A DNA stretch of 64,000 bases from an uncultured Oscillospiraceae bacterium (GTDB lineage Bacteria > Bacillota > Clostridia > Christensenellales > CAG-138). Positions 1 to 9,104 of the stretch are shown piece by piece. Where the stretch lies: contig CAZWUK010000001.1 in assembly GCA_964636685.1 (NCBI GenBank), positions 36,053-100,052 of the forward strand, in the 5' to 3' direction. How positions within the stretch are numbered: the first letter of the stretch is position 1; each line of letters opens with the position of its first letter. The position numbers were made by a program, and so were the translations under genes. The notes under the pieces are model-generated. The model was not told the DNA's origin, did not search any database, and saw nothing but the letters and a program-made list of their open reading frames with translations.

Positions 1-875
1 GACTCTGCCGGCGCCGGATCACCGCCGATAAAGCACACGACCACCTTTTGCCGCGTGCCTGCCGCCAAACGCAGAATCTTTTGGGCGACCCCGGCAGCCG
101 GCGGCTTGCTCACAAGCACGATCACGTTGGTTTTGGGATCGTCCATCAGCGCCGTCAGTGCCAGCTGCATCATGCGCCCGTCGATCTCCTCTTTCAAATC
201 TCTGCCGCCGACGCCCAGCACCTGCGAAACACCGCCGCCCAACCGGTCGATCAGCGAAGAAACCTCCTGCGTGCCCGTTCCAGACGCCGCCACGATCCCG
301 ATGTCGCCCGGTCGAACGACGTTTGCAAACGCCAGCGGAACGTGGTTGACAATCGCCGTGCCACAGTCGGGGCCCATCATCAAAAGCTGCTTTTCCACCG
401 CATAGGTCTTGAGTTCCCGTTCTTCTTCAATCGTCACGTTGTCCGAAAACAGCATGACGTGGATGCCGCGATCCAGGCACGAGCGCGCAACACCGGCGGC
501 AAACCGTCCCGGGACGGAAATGATCGCCATATTGAGCGCCGGATCGATCTCCACGGCGCCCGATAGTGTCGCTGGCTGTGTTTTTTTGTCCTCCGCGGTC
601 TGTTTTTTGTTCAAGAGCGCATCCATGACGTTCATTGCCGCTTTCAGGGAAGCCGCATCGTCTGCCGAAACCGCCGCGAAAAAATCGTTTGCCGTAACCC
701 TTTTGTCAAAGTCCGCACCGGCAAGCCCCGTATTTTGCGCAATCTCACGGTTCAGCTCCGTGCCCATGCCCACCAATGCCTCCCGGATGCCGGAAAGCTT
801 TTTCATCTCCTTGGAAACGCACATCAGCGTCACCGAATCATAATAAGCATTCTTTCGTATCTCGGTATGAATCAC
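1..875 (-). CDS. FdrA family protein (succinyl-CoA-synthetase-alpha-like CoA-binding fold), N-terminal ~291 aa; the C-terminus lies beyond the left window edge
   Basis: My own reverse translation (not in the ORF track because it runs off the edge) gives (GTG)IHTEIRKNAYYDSVTLMCVSKEM...MGPDCGTAIVNHVPLAFANVV...GIVAASGTGTQEV...LGVGGRDL. This is colinear with E. coli FdrA (MIHAFIKKGCFQDSVSLM...MGPDCGT...GASGTGIQE...GLGGRDL). GGAGG sits 8 nt upstream of the GTG at 875. Confidence 0.85.
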   Translation of the reverse strand, partial: MIHTEIRKNAYYDSVTLMCVSKEMKKLSGIREALVGMGTELNREIAQNTGLAGADFDKRVTANDFFAAVSADDAASLKAAMNVMDALLNKKQTAEDKKTQPATLSGAVEIDPALNMAIISVPGRFAAGVARSCLDRGIHVMLFSDNVTIEEERELKTYAVEKQLLMMGPDCGTAIVNHVPLAFANVVRPGDIGIVAASGTGTQEVSSLIDRLGGGVSQVLGVGGRDLKEEIDGRMMQLALTALMDDPKTNVIVLVSKPPAAGVAQKILRLAAGTRQKVVVCFIGGDPAPAE

Positions 876-1797
876 GCCAGTTGCCTCCATCTTCATATTG
901 CAATGCCAGACAAACGCCGGTCAGTATGTCGCCGCCCGACGTTGCGCCGATGTCTAAAACCCGCCGTGCCGCCTTTTTCAGGCTCGCTTCCTCCGCGCCA
1001 TGGAATAAGCACTGTAAAAAGCGCACGACCTCCTCCGCCGCATACCCCCTGGCGCTTTGCAAAAGAAACGCGCCGCTGATGCGGTTCGTTTTCTCCGCCG
1101 CTTTTTTTGCCATGGTCTGCAGCCCATCCAGATACGCGCGCTCCCCGCCCTTTTGCGCGAGAATCCGCCATGTGAGAAAATATCCGCAGAGAAGATCGTC
1201 CGACGATGGCGTCAAGCCCACGCCACAGCCCGCCATCTGCGAAGCAGCTGCTGCTGCAAGCGCAGAATCTCCGCTTTGCAAGGCGGTTTGAAACCGTCTG
1301 ACACGCGGGCGCAGAAAATCCGCATAAAGATTTGTGCCGCTTCCCGTGGCAAGGCAGCTCAACCCATCCGAATCGGGGAGCGAGGCAAGCACGCCTTTGA
1401 GAATACCCGCCTGCCGTGGCAGCAGCGCTCTGTTGACGCGAATCCGCCGAACGGAGAGATCCTCGCGCCTTGTAAAGGTCAAGCTACCGCATAGCCGCCG
1501 CTCCTCGACGAAAACGCCGCGTTTGGACAGGACGGTTTTCATGCCGGGCTGCAGCAGCGAGCCGCAGAGCCGGATCGGTGCATCTGCGCACAGGCAAATC
1601 GCGTTGGGTCGAAGACCCCGATCCGCAGTCAGTACGCTAAACATCTCCCCCGCCGAAAAAAAGTTGATCGCGCGGGGGAACACCGAATCCACCCGCGCAA
1701 CGATCTCCTCCCGCTGCAAACGCGCATACAGGCGCGCACAAACTGCGTCTGCACGATAGAATGATGCCGCGTTCTCTTTTTTGTGCGCGACACTCAT
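838..1797 (-). CDS. DUF2877 domain protein (YlbF/YahE-like partner of FdrA)
   Basis: 319-aa ORF with a GCGVGLTPSSDDLLCG motif typical of DUF2877. ATGA overlap with the upstream DUF35 gene and 38-nt overlap with the FdrA start. Confidence 0.7.
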   Translation of the reverse strand: MSVAHKKENAASFYRADAVCARLYARLQREEIVARVDSVFPRAINFFSAGEMFSVLTADRGLRPNAICLCADAPIRLCGSLLQPGMKTVLSKRGVFVEERRLCGSLTFTRREDLSVRRIRVNRALLPRQAGILKGVLASLPDSDGLSCLATGSGTNLYADFLRPRVRRFQTALQSGDSALAAAAASQMAGCGVGLTPSSDDLLCGYFLTWRILAQKGGERAYLDGLQTMAKKAAEKTNRISGAFLLQSARGYAAEEVVRFLQCLFHGAEEASLKKAARRVLDIGATSGGDILTGVCLALQYEDGGNWRDSYRDTKECLL

Positions 1798-2159
1798 ACT
1801 TTGCGGAATACAAAGCCGTATTCCTCACACTCGACAGTCTCCTTGTACAGGATCCGCGCGTTTCTGACCACGCCGACCTCGGCGATGAGCGGCATCCCCG
1901 AAACGATCCCGTCGTCAAAACCGATCTGTCCCGTAGCGCGCACCCCGCTTTCAAACTCCACAATGCCAAAGTTCAACCACGGCATGGTGTAGCCCTCCGG
2001 CAGATTATAGACACGCGTCCATGTCAAGAGCCTGCATGCGCCACCCAGCGGCAGCTCGTCAAACGCCCGTCCGTCACAGTCCGGATTCTGGCAGACGATG
2101 TAACGCGGATGGTGCAGCTTTTGGCACTTTTTGCACCGGTAAGCCTTCATTTCTTCCAT
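1794..2159 (-). CDS. Zn-ribbon/OB-fold protein (DUF35), thiolase partner subunit
   Basis: 121 aa with CKKC...C..PDC rubredoxin-like zinc ribbon followed by an OB-fold-like C-terminus. It lies 10 nt downstream of a thiolase gene, the arrangement seen in archaeal thiolase/HMGCS complexes and BbsAB. Confidence 0.8.
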   Translation of the reverse strand: MEEMKAYRCKKCQKLHHPRYIVCQNPDCDGRAFDELPLGGACRLLTWTRVYNLPEGYTMPWLNFGIVEFESGVRATGQIGFDDGIVSGMPLIAEVGVVRNARILYKETVECEEYGFVFRKV

Positions 2160-2169
2160 GTCTGCCTCC

Positions 2170-3366
2170 TTATCTCGTCGTTAAAATGGTCGATACCACA
2201 TTGTTGCCAAAGCCGCCGAAATTCACGGCAAGCCCGGTTTCTGCATGTTCTACCTGCCGTCCGTCTGCTTCGTGCCGCAGCTGGCGCACAAGCTCCACCA
2301 CCTGCGAAACGCCCGTGGCGCCCAACGGATGCCCCTTGGCCTTCAGACCGCCCGACGGATTGATGGGGATTTTTCCGCCGATCTTCGTTTCCCCACGGCA
2401 AGCGGCAAGATGCCCCTCGCCACGCGGGAACAGCCCGGTTTCCTCGGACTCGACGATCTCCAGAATCTGGAACGCATCGTGCAGCTCCGCCACATCGATG
2501 TCCTCCGGCGTCATATCCGCCATCTTGTAGGCCATCTCGGCAGATTTCCGCACCGCGAGCAGATCCGTCGGCACCTCGCGGTTGGCGACAACATGCGTAT
2601 CCGTTGCAGAGCCGATCCCGGCGATCCGGACAAACTTCTTGTGGCCAAAGCCCAGCGCCTCCTGCCTGTCCTTGGCTACGAGCAGCACCGCGGCAGCGCC
2701 GTCCGAGACGGGACACATGTCAAACTGCCGCAAGGGATCTGCTACCAGAGGGTTCGTCGCATTGATGTAAGCGGGATTTGTGATGCGCTCCAGCACCACG
2801 GGACGCATGATGTGCGCCACCGGGTTATGGCAGGCGTTATCGTGATTTTTGACGGACACAATCGCAAGGTCGCGGCTGGTGACGCCGTATTTGTCCATAC
2901 AAAGGCGCGTAAAAAGCCCGGCAAACGCCGGCAGTGTCAAGCCGTACTTGTACTCGGCGTCCGGCTGCAGCATCGTTGCAACAAAGTCCGTGCCTTCCCA
3001 GCCGGTCACGGCGCGCATTCCTTCCCCGCCGACGACCAGCACACAGTCGCACATGCCGGAGGCAATTGCCATAAAGCCGAGCTTGATTGCCGACGCGCCG
3101 GAAGCCGGCCCGTTCTCCACCGTCTCCGCCATTGCGGGACGAAGATTCAACGTATCCACGATCGCCGACGCCGCGCCGCTCACGCGCGAGACCATCCCCG
3201 CGCCCATCGAGCCGACAAACACCTGATCGATCACATTTTTTCTGCCCGTTTTTGCGCCGGCGTCATCCATCGCCTCCAGTGCAGCCTGGCAGAGCATATC
3301 CAAAAACGGAACGTTTGACTTTCCAAATTTCGTATGGCCTACGCCAACGATTCCTACTTGTCGCAT
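2170..3366 (-). CDS. Thiolase-family protein (SCP-x / archaeal-type acetyl-CoA C-acyltransferase-like)
   Basis: 398 aa. N-terminal VGIVGVGHTKFGK, an active-site-like Cys region (SMGAG...), C-terminal GGLKAKGHPLGATG and NFGGFG motifs. Confidence 0.85.
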   Translation of the reverse strand: MRQVGIVGVGHTKFGKSNVPFLDMLCQAALEAMDDAGAKTGRKNVIDQVFVGSMGAGMVSRVSGAASAIVDTLNLRPAMAETVENGPASGASAIKLGFMAIASGMCDCVLVVGGEGMRAVTGWEGTDFVATMLQPDAEYKYGLTLPAFAGLFTRLCMDKYGVTSRDLAIVSVKNHDNACHNPVAHIMRPVVLERITNPAYINATNPLVADPLRQFDMCPVSDGAAAVLLVAKDRQEALGFGHKKFVRIAGIGSATDTHVVANREVPTDLLAVRKSAEMAYKMADMTPEDIDVAELHDAFQILEIVESEETGLFPRGEGHLAACRGETKIGGKIPINPSGGLKAKGHPLGATGVSQVVELVRQLRHEADGRQVEHAETGLAVNFGGFGNNVVSTILTTR

Positions 3367-3384
3367 GACTCCTCCTTTTCTTCT

Positions 3385-4041
3385 TCAGACGCTGACCTTC
3401 TCCGGTTTGTGAAGAATCCGGTTTGCTTCCACGACATCCGGGAACGCAGGACGAATGCCGACATTCTTGTTGTCCCGGTGCTTTTCCCACAACGCGCGGG
3501 TCAGCACATAGGTCGGAACGCCGCCCAGCTCATGCGGGCAGTCAAAGCGCGGCTCCAGCTCATATTCAATCATCCAGCGCTTAAAGCCGTTTGGACTTTC
3601 CGCAACGATCCAGACCTCGTCCTGATTCATAAAATCGAAATGATACTCCATCTTGGCGGCAAATAACTGCGCGCCGACACGCGCGCCGCGCTTGAGTGTG
3701 ATCGTGTGGTAGGACATGCCAACCTGTTCATTCACGAGCCGTCCGTTGACAATACCGGCGATCTCGCCGTCCACAGCGCCGACAAAGCAGTATTCGTCCC
3801 GCACTCGATAGCGGTACATGCCCAAGAGCTCCGCGTAGATCCGCGCCGATACAATGTCATAAAAATCCTTGGGTTGTTTGAGCAATGGCTCGATGGTTTC
3901 CAGCAGCAGCGGGATTTCGTCCATCGTGACTTCGCGTACCAGCATATCCTCACCTGTCGTCAAGGGAATGACCTTCGGCGTATAGGGACGCATTCCGATC
4001 GTCGGCGGTCTGAGCTTTTTCTCCATCTCGTCGATTACCAT
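3385..4041 (-). CDS. Hypothetical protein, first gene of the thiolase/FdrA operon (possible acyl-CoA N-acyltransferase-like fold, unverified)
   Basis: 218-aa ORF with GGAGG 7 nt upstream of the ATG. High-GC codon usage matches its neighbours. I recognise no diagnostic motif. Confidence 0.55.
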   Translation of the reverse strand: MVIDEMEKKLRPPTIGMRPYTPKVIPLTTGEDMLVREVTMDEIPLLLETIEPLLKQPKDFYDIVSARIYAELLGMYRYRVRDEYCFVGAVDGEIAGIVNGRLVNEQVGMSYHTITLKRGARVGAQLFAAKMEYHFDFMNQDEVWIVAESPNGFKRWMIEYELEPRFDCPHELGGVPTYVLTRALWEKHRDNKNVGIRPAFPDVVEANRILHKPEKVSV

Positions 4042-4370
4042 ACGTTTGTCCTCCTGTTTCGTTTTTTGGCACTGTTGTACCGTACGTTCAGTGTAGCGCC
4101 ATTATGAATTTTAGTCTATTGTGTCCTGCATAAATACCTGTTGTCTCGACAAAAGAACCTGTATATATTTTTCTTCCTTTTCCGTGTGTTTTTTCATGCG
4201 GAAGGTTATATTCGTCTATATTGTCAATTCCTGTCGCCTTCTGTCGAGTTCTCCTCTCCATATAAGGCATCTCTGCCGCGCAGTTGCGCGCATGGTGTTG
4301 TTATTCATATTATGCAATTTAATATATGTATTCCTGCAATATTGGAATGGACTCATTTTGTGTCGTACCA

Positions 4371-4399
4371 TTGCGTTTTGCGATTCGGTGCGCTATCAT
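4371..4399 (+). promoter_or_regulatory. Candidate sigmaA promoter for pfkA (TTGCGT-17-TATCAT)
   Basis: Hexamers at 4371-4376 and 4394-4399 with 17-nt spacing, in an AT-rich 400-bp divergent intergenic region about 50 nt upstream of the pfkA ATG. Confidence 0.4.
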
Positions 4400-4450
4400 G
4401 TAGTTGTGGAATTTTTAGATTTTAATGTATGGAAAGGTAGGATCATCACT

Positions 4451-5425
4451 ATGTCGGAACGGATTCGCAGAGTCGGCATTTTAACCAGCGGCGGTGACGC
4501 ACCGGGCATGAACGCGGCGATTCGCTCGGCAGTGCGCACCTGTGTGCAACGCGGCATTATCCCTGTCGGCATTCATCGAGGCTACAACGGTTTGATTCAC
4601 TCGGATGTGGTAGAGCTGGATGCGCGCGCCGTCAACGGAATCTCCTCCCGCGGCGGCACAATGCTCTACACCGCAAGATGCGAGGAATTCAAAACGGAGG
4701 AAGGTCTGCAAAAGGCCGCCTCCACCTGCAAATATCTCGGAATCAGCGGTGTGCTCGCCATGGGCGGCGACGGCACCTTCCGCGGCGCGGGCAAGCTCTC
4801 CGCCGCCGGAATCAACACGGTCTGTCTTCCGGCAACCATCGACAACGACATCGCGTGTTCCCATTACTCCATCGGCTTTGATACGGCGGCCAATACCGCT
4901 ATTGAGGCCATCGATAAGCTTGCGGACACCATGCAATCGCATGAGCGTACCTCGATCGTCGAGGTGATGGGGCGCAACGCCGGACATCTGGCCATCTATG
5001 TCGGACTTTCGGTCGGCGCGACCGCTGTGCTGATTCCGGAAAAACCCTTCGATTTCGAGCAGGATGTGGTGGAGCGCATTCGAGAAGCGCGTTATCGCGG
5101 CAAGCATCATCATCTGATTATCGTTGCAGAGGGCGTCGGCAATACACAGGGTATCGCCGACCGCATCCGGGACGAGATGGGGTTGGACACGCGTGTTACC
5201 ATCATCGGGCATATCCAACGCGGCGGCAGCCCCTCGGCACGCGACCGCGTCATGGCGGCCCGCATGGGTCATTTTGCGATAGAACAGCTGGAGGCCGGCG
5301 TCAGCAACGCGGTGGTATGCTACCGCAACTCGCAGATCTGTACCGTACCGATCGACGAGGCGCTGCAAATGCACAAGGAGCTGGATCCCTACATGTATCG
5401 TGTCGCGCAGGAGATCTCCATCTGA
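4451..5425 (+). CDS. pfkA: ATP-dependent 6-phosphofructokinase
   Basis: MSERIRRVGILTSGGDAPGMNAAIR..., MGGDGTFRGA, PATIDNDI, GHIQRGG motifs. The ORF-track start at 4121 is an AT-rich upstream over-extension. Confidence 0.95.
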   Translation: MSERIRRVGILTSGGDAPGMNAAIRSAVRTCVQRGIIPVGIHRGYNGLIHSDVVELDARAVNGISSRGGTMLYTARCEEFKTEEGLQKAASTCKYLGISGVLAMGGDGTFRGAGKLSAAGINTVCLPATIDNDIACSHYSIGFDTAANTAIEAIDKLADTMQSHERTSIVEVMGRNAGHLAIYVGLSVGATAVLIPEKPFDFEQDVVERIREARYRGKHHHLIIVAEGVGNTQGIADRIRDEMGLDTRVTIIGHIQRGGSPSARDRVMAARMGHFAIEQLEAGVSNAVVCYRNSQICTVPIDEALQMHKELDPYMYRVAQEISI

Positions 5426-5470
5426 GCGGTACAATTGACTGATACAGCACACGCTATCCATAAACAAACA

Positions 5471-5503
5471 ATACCCGCCGAAAAAAATCATTTCGGCGGG
5501 TAT
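5471..5503. terminator. Bidirectional intrinsic terminator between convergent pfkA and the small membrane protein gene
   Basis: ATACCCGCCGAAA-aaaatca-TTTCGGCGGGTAT, a perfect 13-bp stem, with an A-run inside the 5' arm and loop and a T-rich tail. Confidence 0.75.
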
Positions 5504-5533
5504 CTCTTTGTCAAGTGCTTTGCTAAGCGCTTG

Positions 5534-5743
5534 TCAATCATCATGGATGTCTTTTGTTTTTCGGTATCGAATGAGATTCACGATAGCAGCGGCGAGTGAT
5601 ACGAGCACCGTTGCGCCTTGCAGTATGACCAAGCCGTTTGCAATTCCGTAGCGACTTGCATTTCCGGCAAAGGTTATCGTGTATAGTATGGTTGCAACAA
5701 ACCAGAGAATCGGAACAATGACCGGGGTCTTTTTACTTTTCAT
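5534..5743 (-). CDS. Small membrane protein (2 predicted TM helices), unknown function
   Basis: 69-aa ORF, hydrophobic (PVIVPILWFVATILYTITF / LVILQGATVLVSLAAAIVNLI), ATG start. Confidence 0.5.
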   Translation of the reverse strand: MKSKKTPVIVPILWFVATILYTITFAGNASRYGIANGLVILQGATVLVSLAAAIVNLIRYRKTKDIHDD

Positions 5744-5811
5744 CGCAGTCCTCCTGCACCAATTCGTCGTTTCATCACAGGCGATGCCGTCGCTTGCCGT
5801 TGACCCAGCGC

Positions 5812-6489
5812 TTACAGTTCCTCCTCCTGCTGCTCCGCGACCGCGCAGCCCTGCTGTTTTTTCTCGTCTTCCTCAAAGCGTTCCGCCAGCAGCTTTGTTG
5901 TCAGATATGCCGAGATTGCGTCAATCGCCATACGGTTCTTTCCGCCGCGCATGACCGCAAAATCCGCATCGTTGATATAATTTGCCACATACCGCTCATA
6001 CATGGGCTTTACGGTATCCAAATACTGCTCGTAAATATTATCGATGTTTCTACCGCGAACCTTGATGTCGCGTTTGATTCTCCGCAGCAGGCAAATATCG
6101 ATGTCCACATGCAAATACACCTTGAGCGCCATCATTTTGCACAGGCGTTTGTCATGGAACATATGGATCCCCTCCAGGATCAGCACCTCCGGCGGCTGGA
6201 TCAGCTCCGGTTTATCTGCCCGAAGGTGCGCGGCATAATCATAGCCTTTTGTCGTGATGGGGCGTCCGCTCAGCAGCATCTCCACATCGGAAAGCAGCGC
6301 GTCATGGTCAAAGCTGTCCGGCGCGTCATAGTTCAGCTTGCACCGCTGTTCAAACGGCAGCTCCGGATAGCTGCGATAATAGCAATCCTGCCCCATAATC
6401 GTACAGCTGCAAGTCATGGAATCCTGAATCCGCTTTGCCAAGGTGCTCTTTCCGCTGCCGCTCGCGCCACAAACGCCGACGATAATCAT
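5812..6489 (-). CDS. udk: Uridine kinase
   Basis: MIIVGVCGASGSGKSTLA P-loop, NYDAPDSFD, ILEGI, RRIKRD motifs. The ATG at 6489 has GGAGG 8 nt upstream; the track start at 6495 is TTG. There is an acidic C-terminal tail. Confidence 0.9.
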   Translation of the reverse strand: MIIVGVCGASGSGKSTLAKRIQDSMTCSCTIMGQDCYYRSYPELPFEQRCKLNYDAPDSFDHDALLSDVEMLLSGRPITTKGYDYAAHLRADKPELIQPPEVLILEGIHMFHDKRLCKMMALKVYLHVDIDICLLRRIKRDIKVRGRNIDNIYEQYLDTVKPMYERYVANYINDADFAVMRGGKNRMAIDAISAYLTTKLLAERFEEDEKKQQGCAVAEQQEEEL

Positions 6490-6525
6490 CCGCAATTCCT
6501 CCGAAAATCTTTTATATCAAAACAA

Positions 6526-6568
6526 GTATACCACAGTTCATCTCTGCGCTGTGGTATACTTTTTTTTA
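6526..6568. terminator. Hairpin terminator downstream of glnN (11-bp perfect stem; the T8 tract is on the plus strand, with TTGTTTTG on the minus strand)
   Basis: GTATACCACAG-12 nt-CTGTGGTATAC followed by TTTTTTTT. Confidence 0.6.
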
Positions 6569-6643
6569 GTTTTTCGACATATTCGGAAACGGCGCGCAAA
6601 ACGCGATCGCTTGGCGTATCAAAAGCCGCGTTATTGGAATCGA

Positions 6644-8764
6644 TCAGACAATCTTAAACAGCATCTCGCCGTAAGACGGCAGCGGCCAGTAAGCTTTTCC
6701 GGTGATCGTCTCGAGCTTATCGACGGTGTTGCGAAGCTTATCCATGCCCGGCGCGACGGTATCCCGGAAGGCTGCCGCACGCTCATATGCGCTGCCCTCG
6801 TTCGTGAGCTTTGCCAGCGACGCGTCCAGCGCGTTTGCGGCAAGCCTGCATTCGTTGAGGCGCTTGTTGAGGTCGCGCAGCATCGCCGTCTGCCCGGGCG
6901 CCGCAACGCCGATGCTCTGCGCCTTTGCGACCGTATCGGTCAATACCGCGCTGTAATTTGCAACGCACGGCATGATGTTCTGTTTGGTGATCTTGAGCAT
7001 TGTGACTGCTTCGATTTTTCCCGCGGTGGTATAGTTTTCCAGCGCGATTTCATGGCGCGCCTGAATCTCCGTGTCATGGAATGTCCCCTGCTTGAGAAAT
7101 ACTGCGCGCACCTTCGAATCCGCAAACGCCTCCAGCGCGTCCACCGTATTGTCGATGTTGGGCAGGCCGCGTTTTTTTGCCTCCTGCGTCCATGCAGGGT
7201 CGTAGTTGTTGCCGTTGAATACGACGCGGGAATGCTTTTTAAACGCATCTCCGATTACCTTCTGCCAAGCGGCAACGCTGCCGTCGGAAGCCTCCAGCGC
7301 GTTTGCAATCCGCTCCAAGCTTTCGGCAACGATGGTGTTCAGCACCGTGTTCGGCAATCCCAGCGACTGTGAGGAGCCAACCATGCGAAATTCAAACTTG
7401 TTGCCCGTGAAAGCAAAGGGCGACGTGCGGTTGCGGTCGGTGTCGTCCTTGTGAATGATTGAAGCGGTCGAAACGCCGATGTTGACCATTTCCTTGGCAT
7501 GGGGCGCAATTCCGTCGCCCGCGGCCAACGCTTCGATCTCCGAGAGCAGCTGGTTGCCCGTAAACACCGAGATGATTGGCGTGGGTGCTTCGTGTCCGCC
7601 CAGACGGCGCTCGTTGCCGATGCTCGCGCAGGACAAGCGCAGCATGTTGGCGTATTCATCCACCGCCGCAATAACGGCGATCAAGAACGTGAAGAAAACG
7701 CGGTTGCTCTCATCGTCTTTGCCATGCTTGAGCAGATTTCTGCCGTCGGAGGTAGACAAAGACCAGTTGTTATGCTTTCCGCTGCCGTTTACATTGTCAA
7801 ACGGCTTCTCATGCAGCAGGCAGGTCAAGCCGTGTCTGTCCGCTACGCGGCGCATCACCTCCATGGTAATCTGGTTATGATCCACCGCAACGTTCGCGGA
7901 AACGAACAGCGGCGCCATCTCATACTGTGACGGAGCGACCTCGTTGTGCTCGGTTTTGCAGGGGACGCCCATGCGCCACAAGGCTTCGTTGAGATCCCGC
8001 ATGTAGGCGATCACGCGCTCCGGCGTCGCGGCATAATACTGATCGGAAAGCTCCTGTCCCTTTGCCGGCGGCGTCCCAAAAAGCGTTCTGCCGGTATAAA
8101 CCAAATCCTTGCGTCGCATAAAGCTTTTTTTATCGATCAGGAAATATTCCTGTTCCGCTCCCACGGTGGCGATCACGCGCTTTGCCTTGGTATCGCCGAG
8201 ACAGCGCAGTACCCGGAGCGCCTGCTTATTGAGCGCATCCATGGAACGCAGCAGGGGCGTTTTTTCATCAAGCGCTTCACCCGAATAAGCGCAAAATGCC
8301 GTCGGGATGCAAAGGCAGGCCGTTCCGTTGGCGTCGCGTTTGATAAAGGCCGGGCTGGTACAATCCCACGTGGTATACCCGCGCGCTTCAAAGGTGGCGC
8401 GAAGACCGCCGGACGGGAACGACGAGCCATCCGCTTCGCCCTTAATCAGCGCCTTTGCGGAAAACGAAAGGATCGGCGTCCGCCCCAGCTGGTGGATATC
8501 CAGGAACGTATCGCGCTTTTCCGCCGTAGCGCCCGTCATCGGCTGAAACCAATGCGTAAAATGGGAAGCGCCCTTCTCAAGCGCCCAGTCCATCATCGCC
8601 TTGGCAACTTGATCCGCCGTTTCAAATTTTAGAGCGGTTCCTTCCTCCACGGTCATTTGCAGATCATTATAAATCTCCGGCGCCAACCGCAGCTTCATCA
8701 CCTCGTCTGAAAAAACGTCTTCGCCAAAACATCCGTAGATTGCGGTATCTGTAATCTCGGTCAT
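6644..8764 (-). CDS. glnN: Glutamine synthetase type III
   Basis: About 706 aa, the length typical of GS-III. N-terminal FGEDVFSDEVMK..., central catalytic-domain motifs (EHNEVAPSQYE, LHEKPF...NGSGKHNNWS). The ATG at 8764 has AGGTGA 8 nt upstream; the track start at 8776 is GTG. Confidence 0.9.
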   Translation of the reverse strand: MTEITDTAIYGCFGEDVFSDEVMKLRLAPEIYNDLQMTVEEGTALKFETADQVAKAMMDWALEKGASHFTHWFQPMTGATAEKRDTFLDIHQLGRTPILSFSAKALIKGEADGSSFPSGGLRATFEARGYTTWDCTSPAFIKRDANGTACLCIPTAFCAYSGEALDEKTPLLRSMDALNKQALRVLRCLGDTKAKRVIATVGAEQEYFLIDKKSFMRRKDLVYTGRTLFGTPPAKGQELSDQYYAATPERVIAYMRDLNEALWRMGVPCKTEHNEVAPSQYEMAPLFVSANVAVDHNQITMEVMRRVADRHGLTCLLHEKPFDNVNGSGKHNNWSLSTSDGRNLLKHGKDDESNRVFFTFLIAVIAAVDEYANMLRLSCASIGNERRLGGHEAPTPIISVFTGNQLLSEIEALAAGDGIAPHAKEMVNIGVSTASIIHKDDTDRNRTSPFAFTGNKFEFRMVGSSQSLGLPNTVLNTIVAESLERIANALEASDGSVAAWQKVIGDAFKKHSRVVFNGNNYDPAWTQEAKKRGLPNIDNTVDALEAFADSKVRAVFLKQGTFHDTEIQARHEIALENYTTAGKIEAVTMLKITKQNIMPCVANYSAVLTDTVAKAQSIGVAAPGQTAMLRDLNKRLNECRLAANALDASLAKLTNEGSAYERAAAFRDTVAPGMDKLRNTVDKLETITGKAYWPLPSYGEMLFKIV

Positions 8765-8802
8765 TCCAATTCTCACCTGCTTGCTTTAAAAATAATGGAG
8801 TT

Positions 8803-8831
8803 ACAATAGCATATCAGAGAAGTAATTGCAA
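8803..8831 (-). promoter_or_regulatory. Candidate glnN promoter (TTGCAA-17-TGcTATTGT, extended -10)
   Basis: Reverse complement of 8803-8831. Located about 40 nt upstream of the ATG inside a very AT-rich 250-bp region. Confidence 0.45.
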
Positions 8832-9046
8832 TAGTTTTTTGCAAGTTTTGTATATAAAAACGTGTTTGCGTGGATAATTTTTATTACTATTCGATCATAT
8901 TTACTAATTTTGTGGTTTGTTATATCTGTTTTTTGATCGTTTTTACTAATTCGTCATTTTCGATCGCCGTTAGTGCTTTTGGGGTTACAAAACGAGTCCG
9001 TGGCGGAATCGAATGACGCTGCGGGAGCCGAATTTACATCTTACAG

Positions 9047-9084
9047 CACAAAACAGCCGGTATGGTCAATCCCATACCGGCTGT
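9047..9084 (-). terminator. Intrinsic terminator after rplL
   Basis: ACAGCCGGTATGG-gattga-CCATACCGGCTGT followed by TTTTGTGCTG on the minus strand, 20 nt after the rplL stop. Confidence 0.8.
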
Positions 9085-9104
9085 TATAACCCGAATTATT
9101 CTGC

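Noticed and set aside
4121-4450. N-terminal 110-aa extension of pfkA in the ORF track. Analogous extensions occur for secE (12320-12502), pmbA (14008-14121), Gfo oxidoreductase (42991-43413), HAD (36021-36068), oppF-like (16772-16846) and the RCC1 protein (42735-42860).
   Set aside because: The extensions run through AT-rich promoter DNA or through the preceding gene, lack SD sequences, and often begin with TTG/GTG. Conserved N-termini and SD-spaced ATGs lie further in.
6526-6568. A hairpin whose perfect T8 tract is on the plus strand although no plus-strand gene precedes it, which might suggest a hidden plus-strand transcript.
   Set aside because: It lies right after the glnN stop, and the minus strand also has a T-rich tail (TTGTTTTG) with an upstream A-tract. 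The simplest reading is a bidirectional terminator, and no plus-strand promoter or ORF was found.
8777-9046. A very AT-rich 270-bp stretch upstream of glnN that might be a mobile-element scar, riboswitch or GlnR/TnrA site cluster.
   Set aside because: It contains a plausible promoter but no TGTNA-N7-TNACA match, no convincing structured element and no ORF. Only a 10-bp direct repeat (TTTACTAATT) is present, which is unremarkable in AT-rich DNA. It was treated as an ordinary promoter/UP region.
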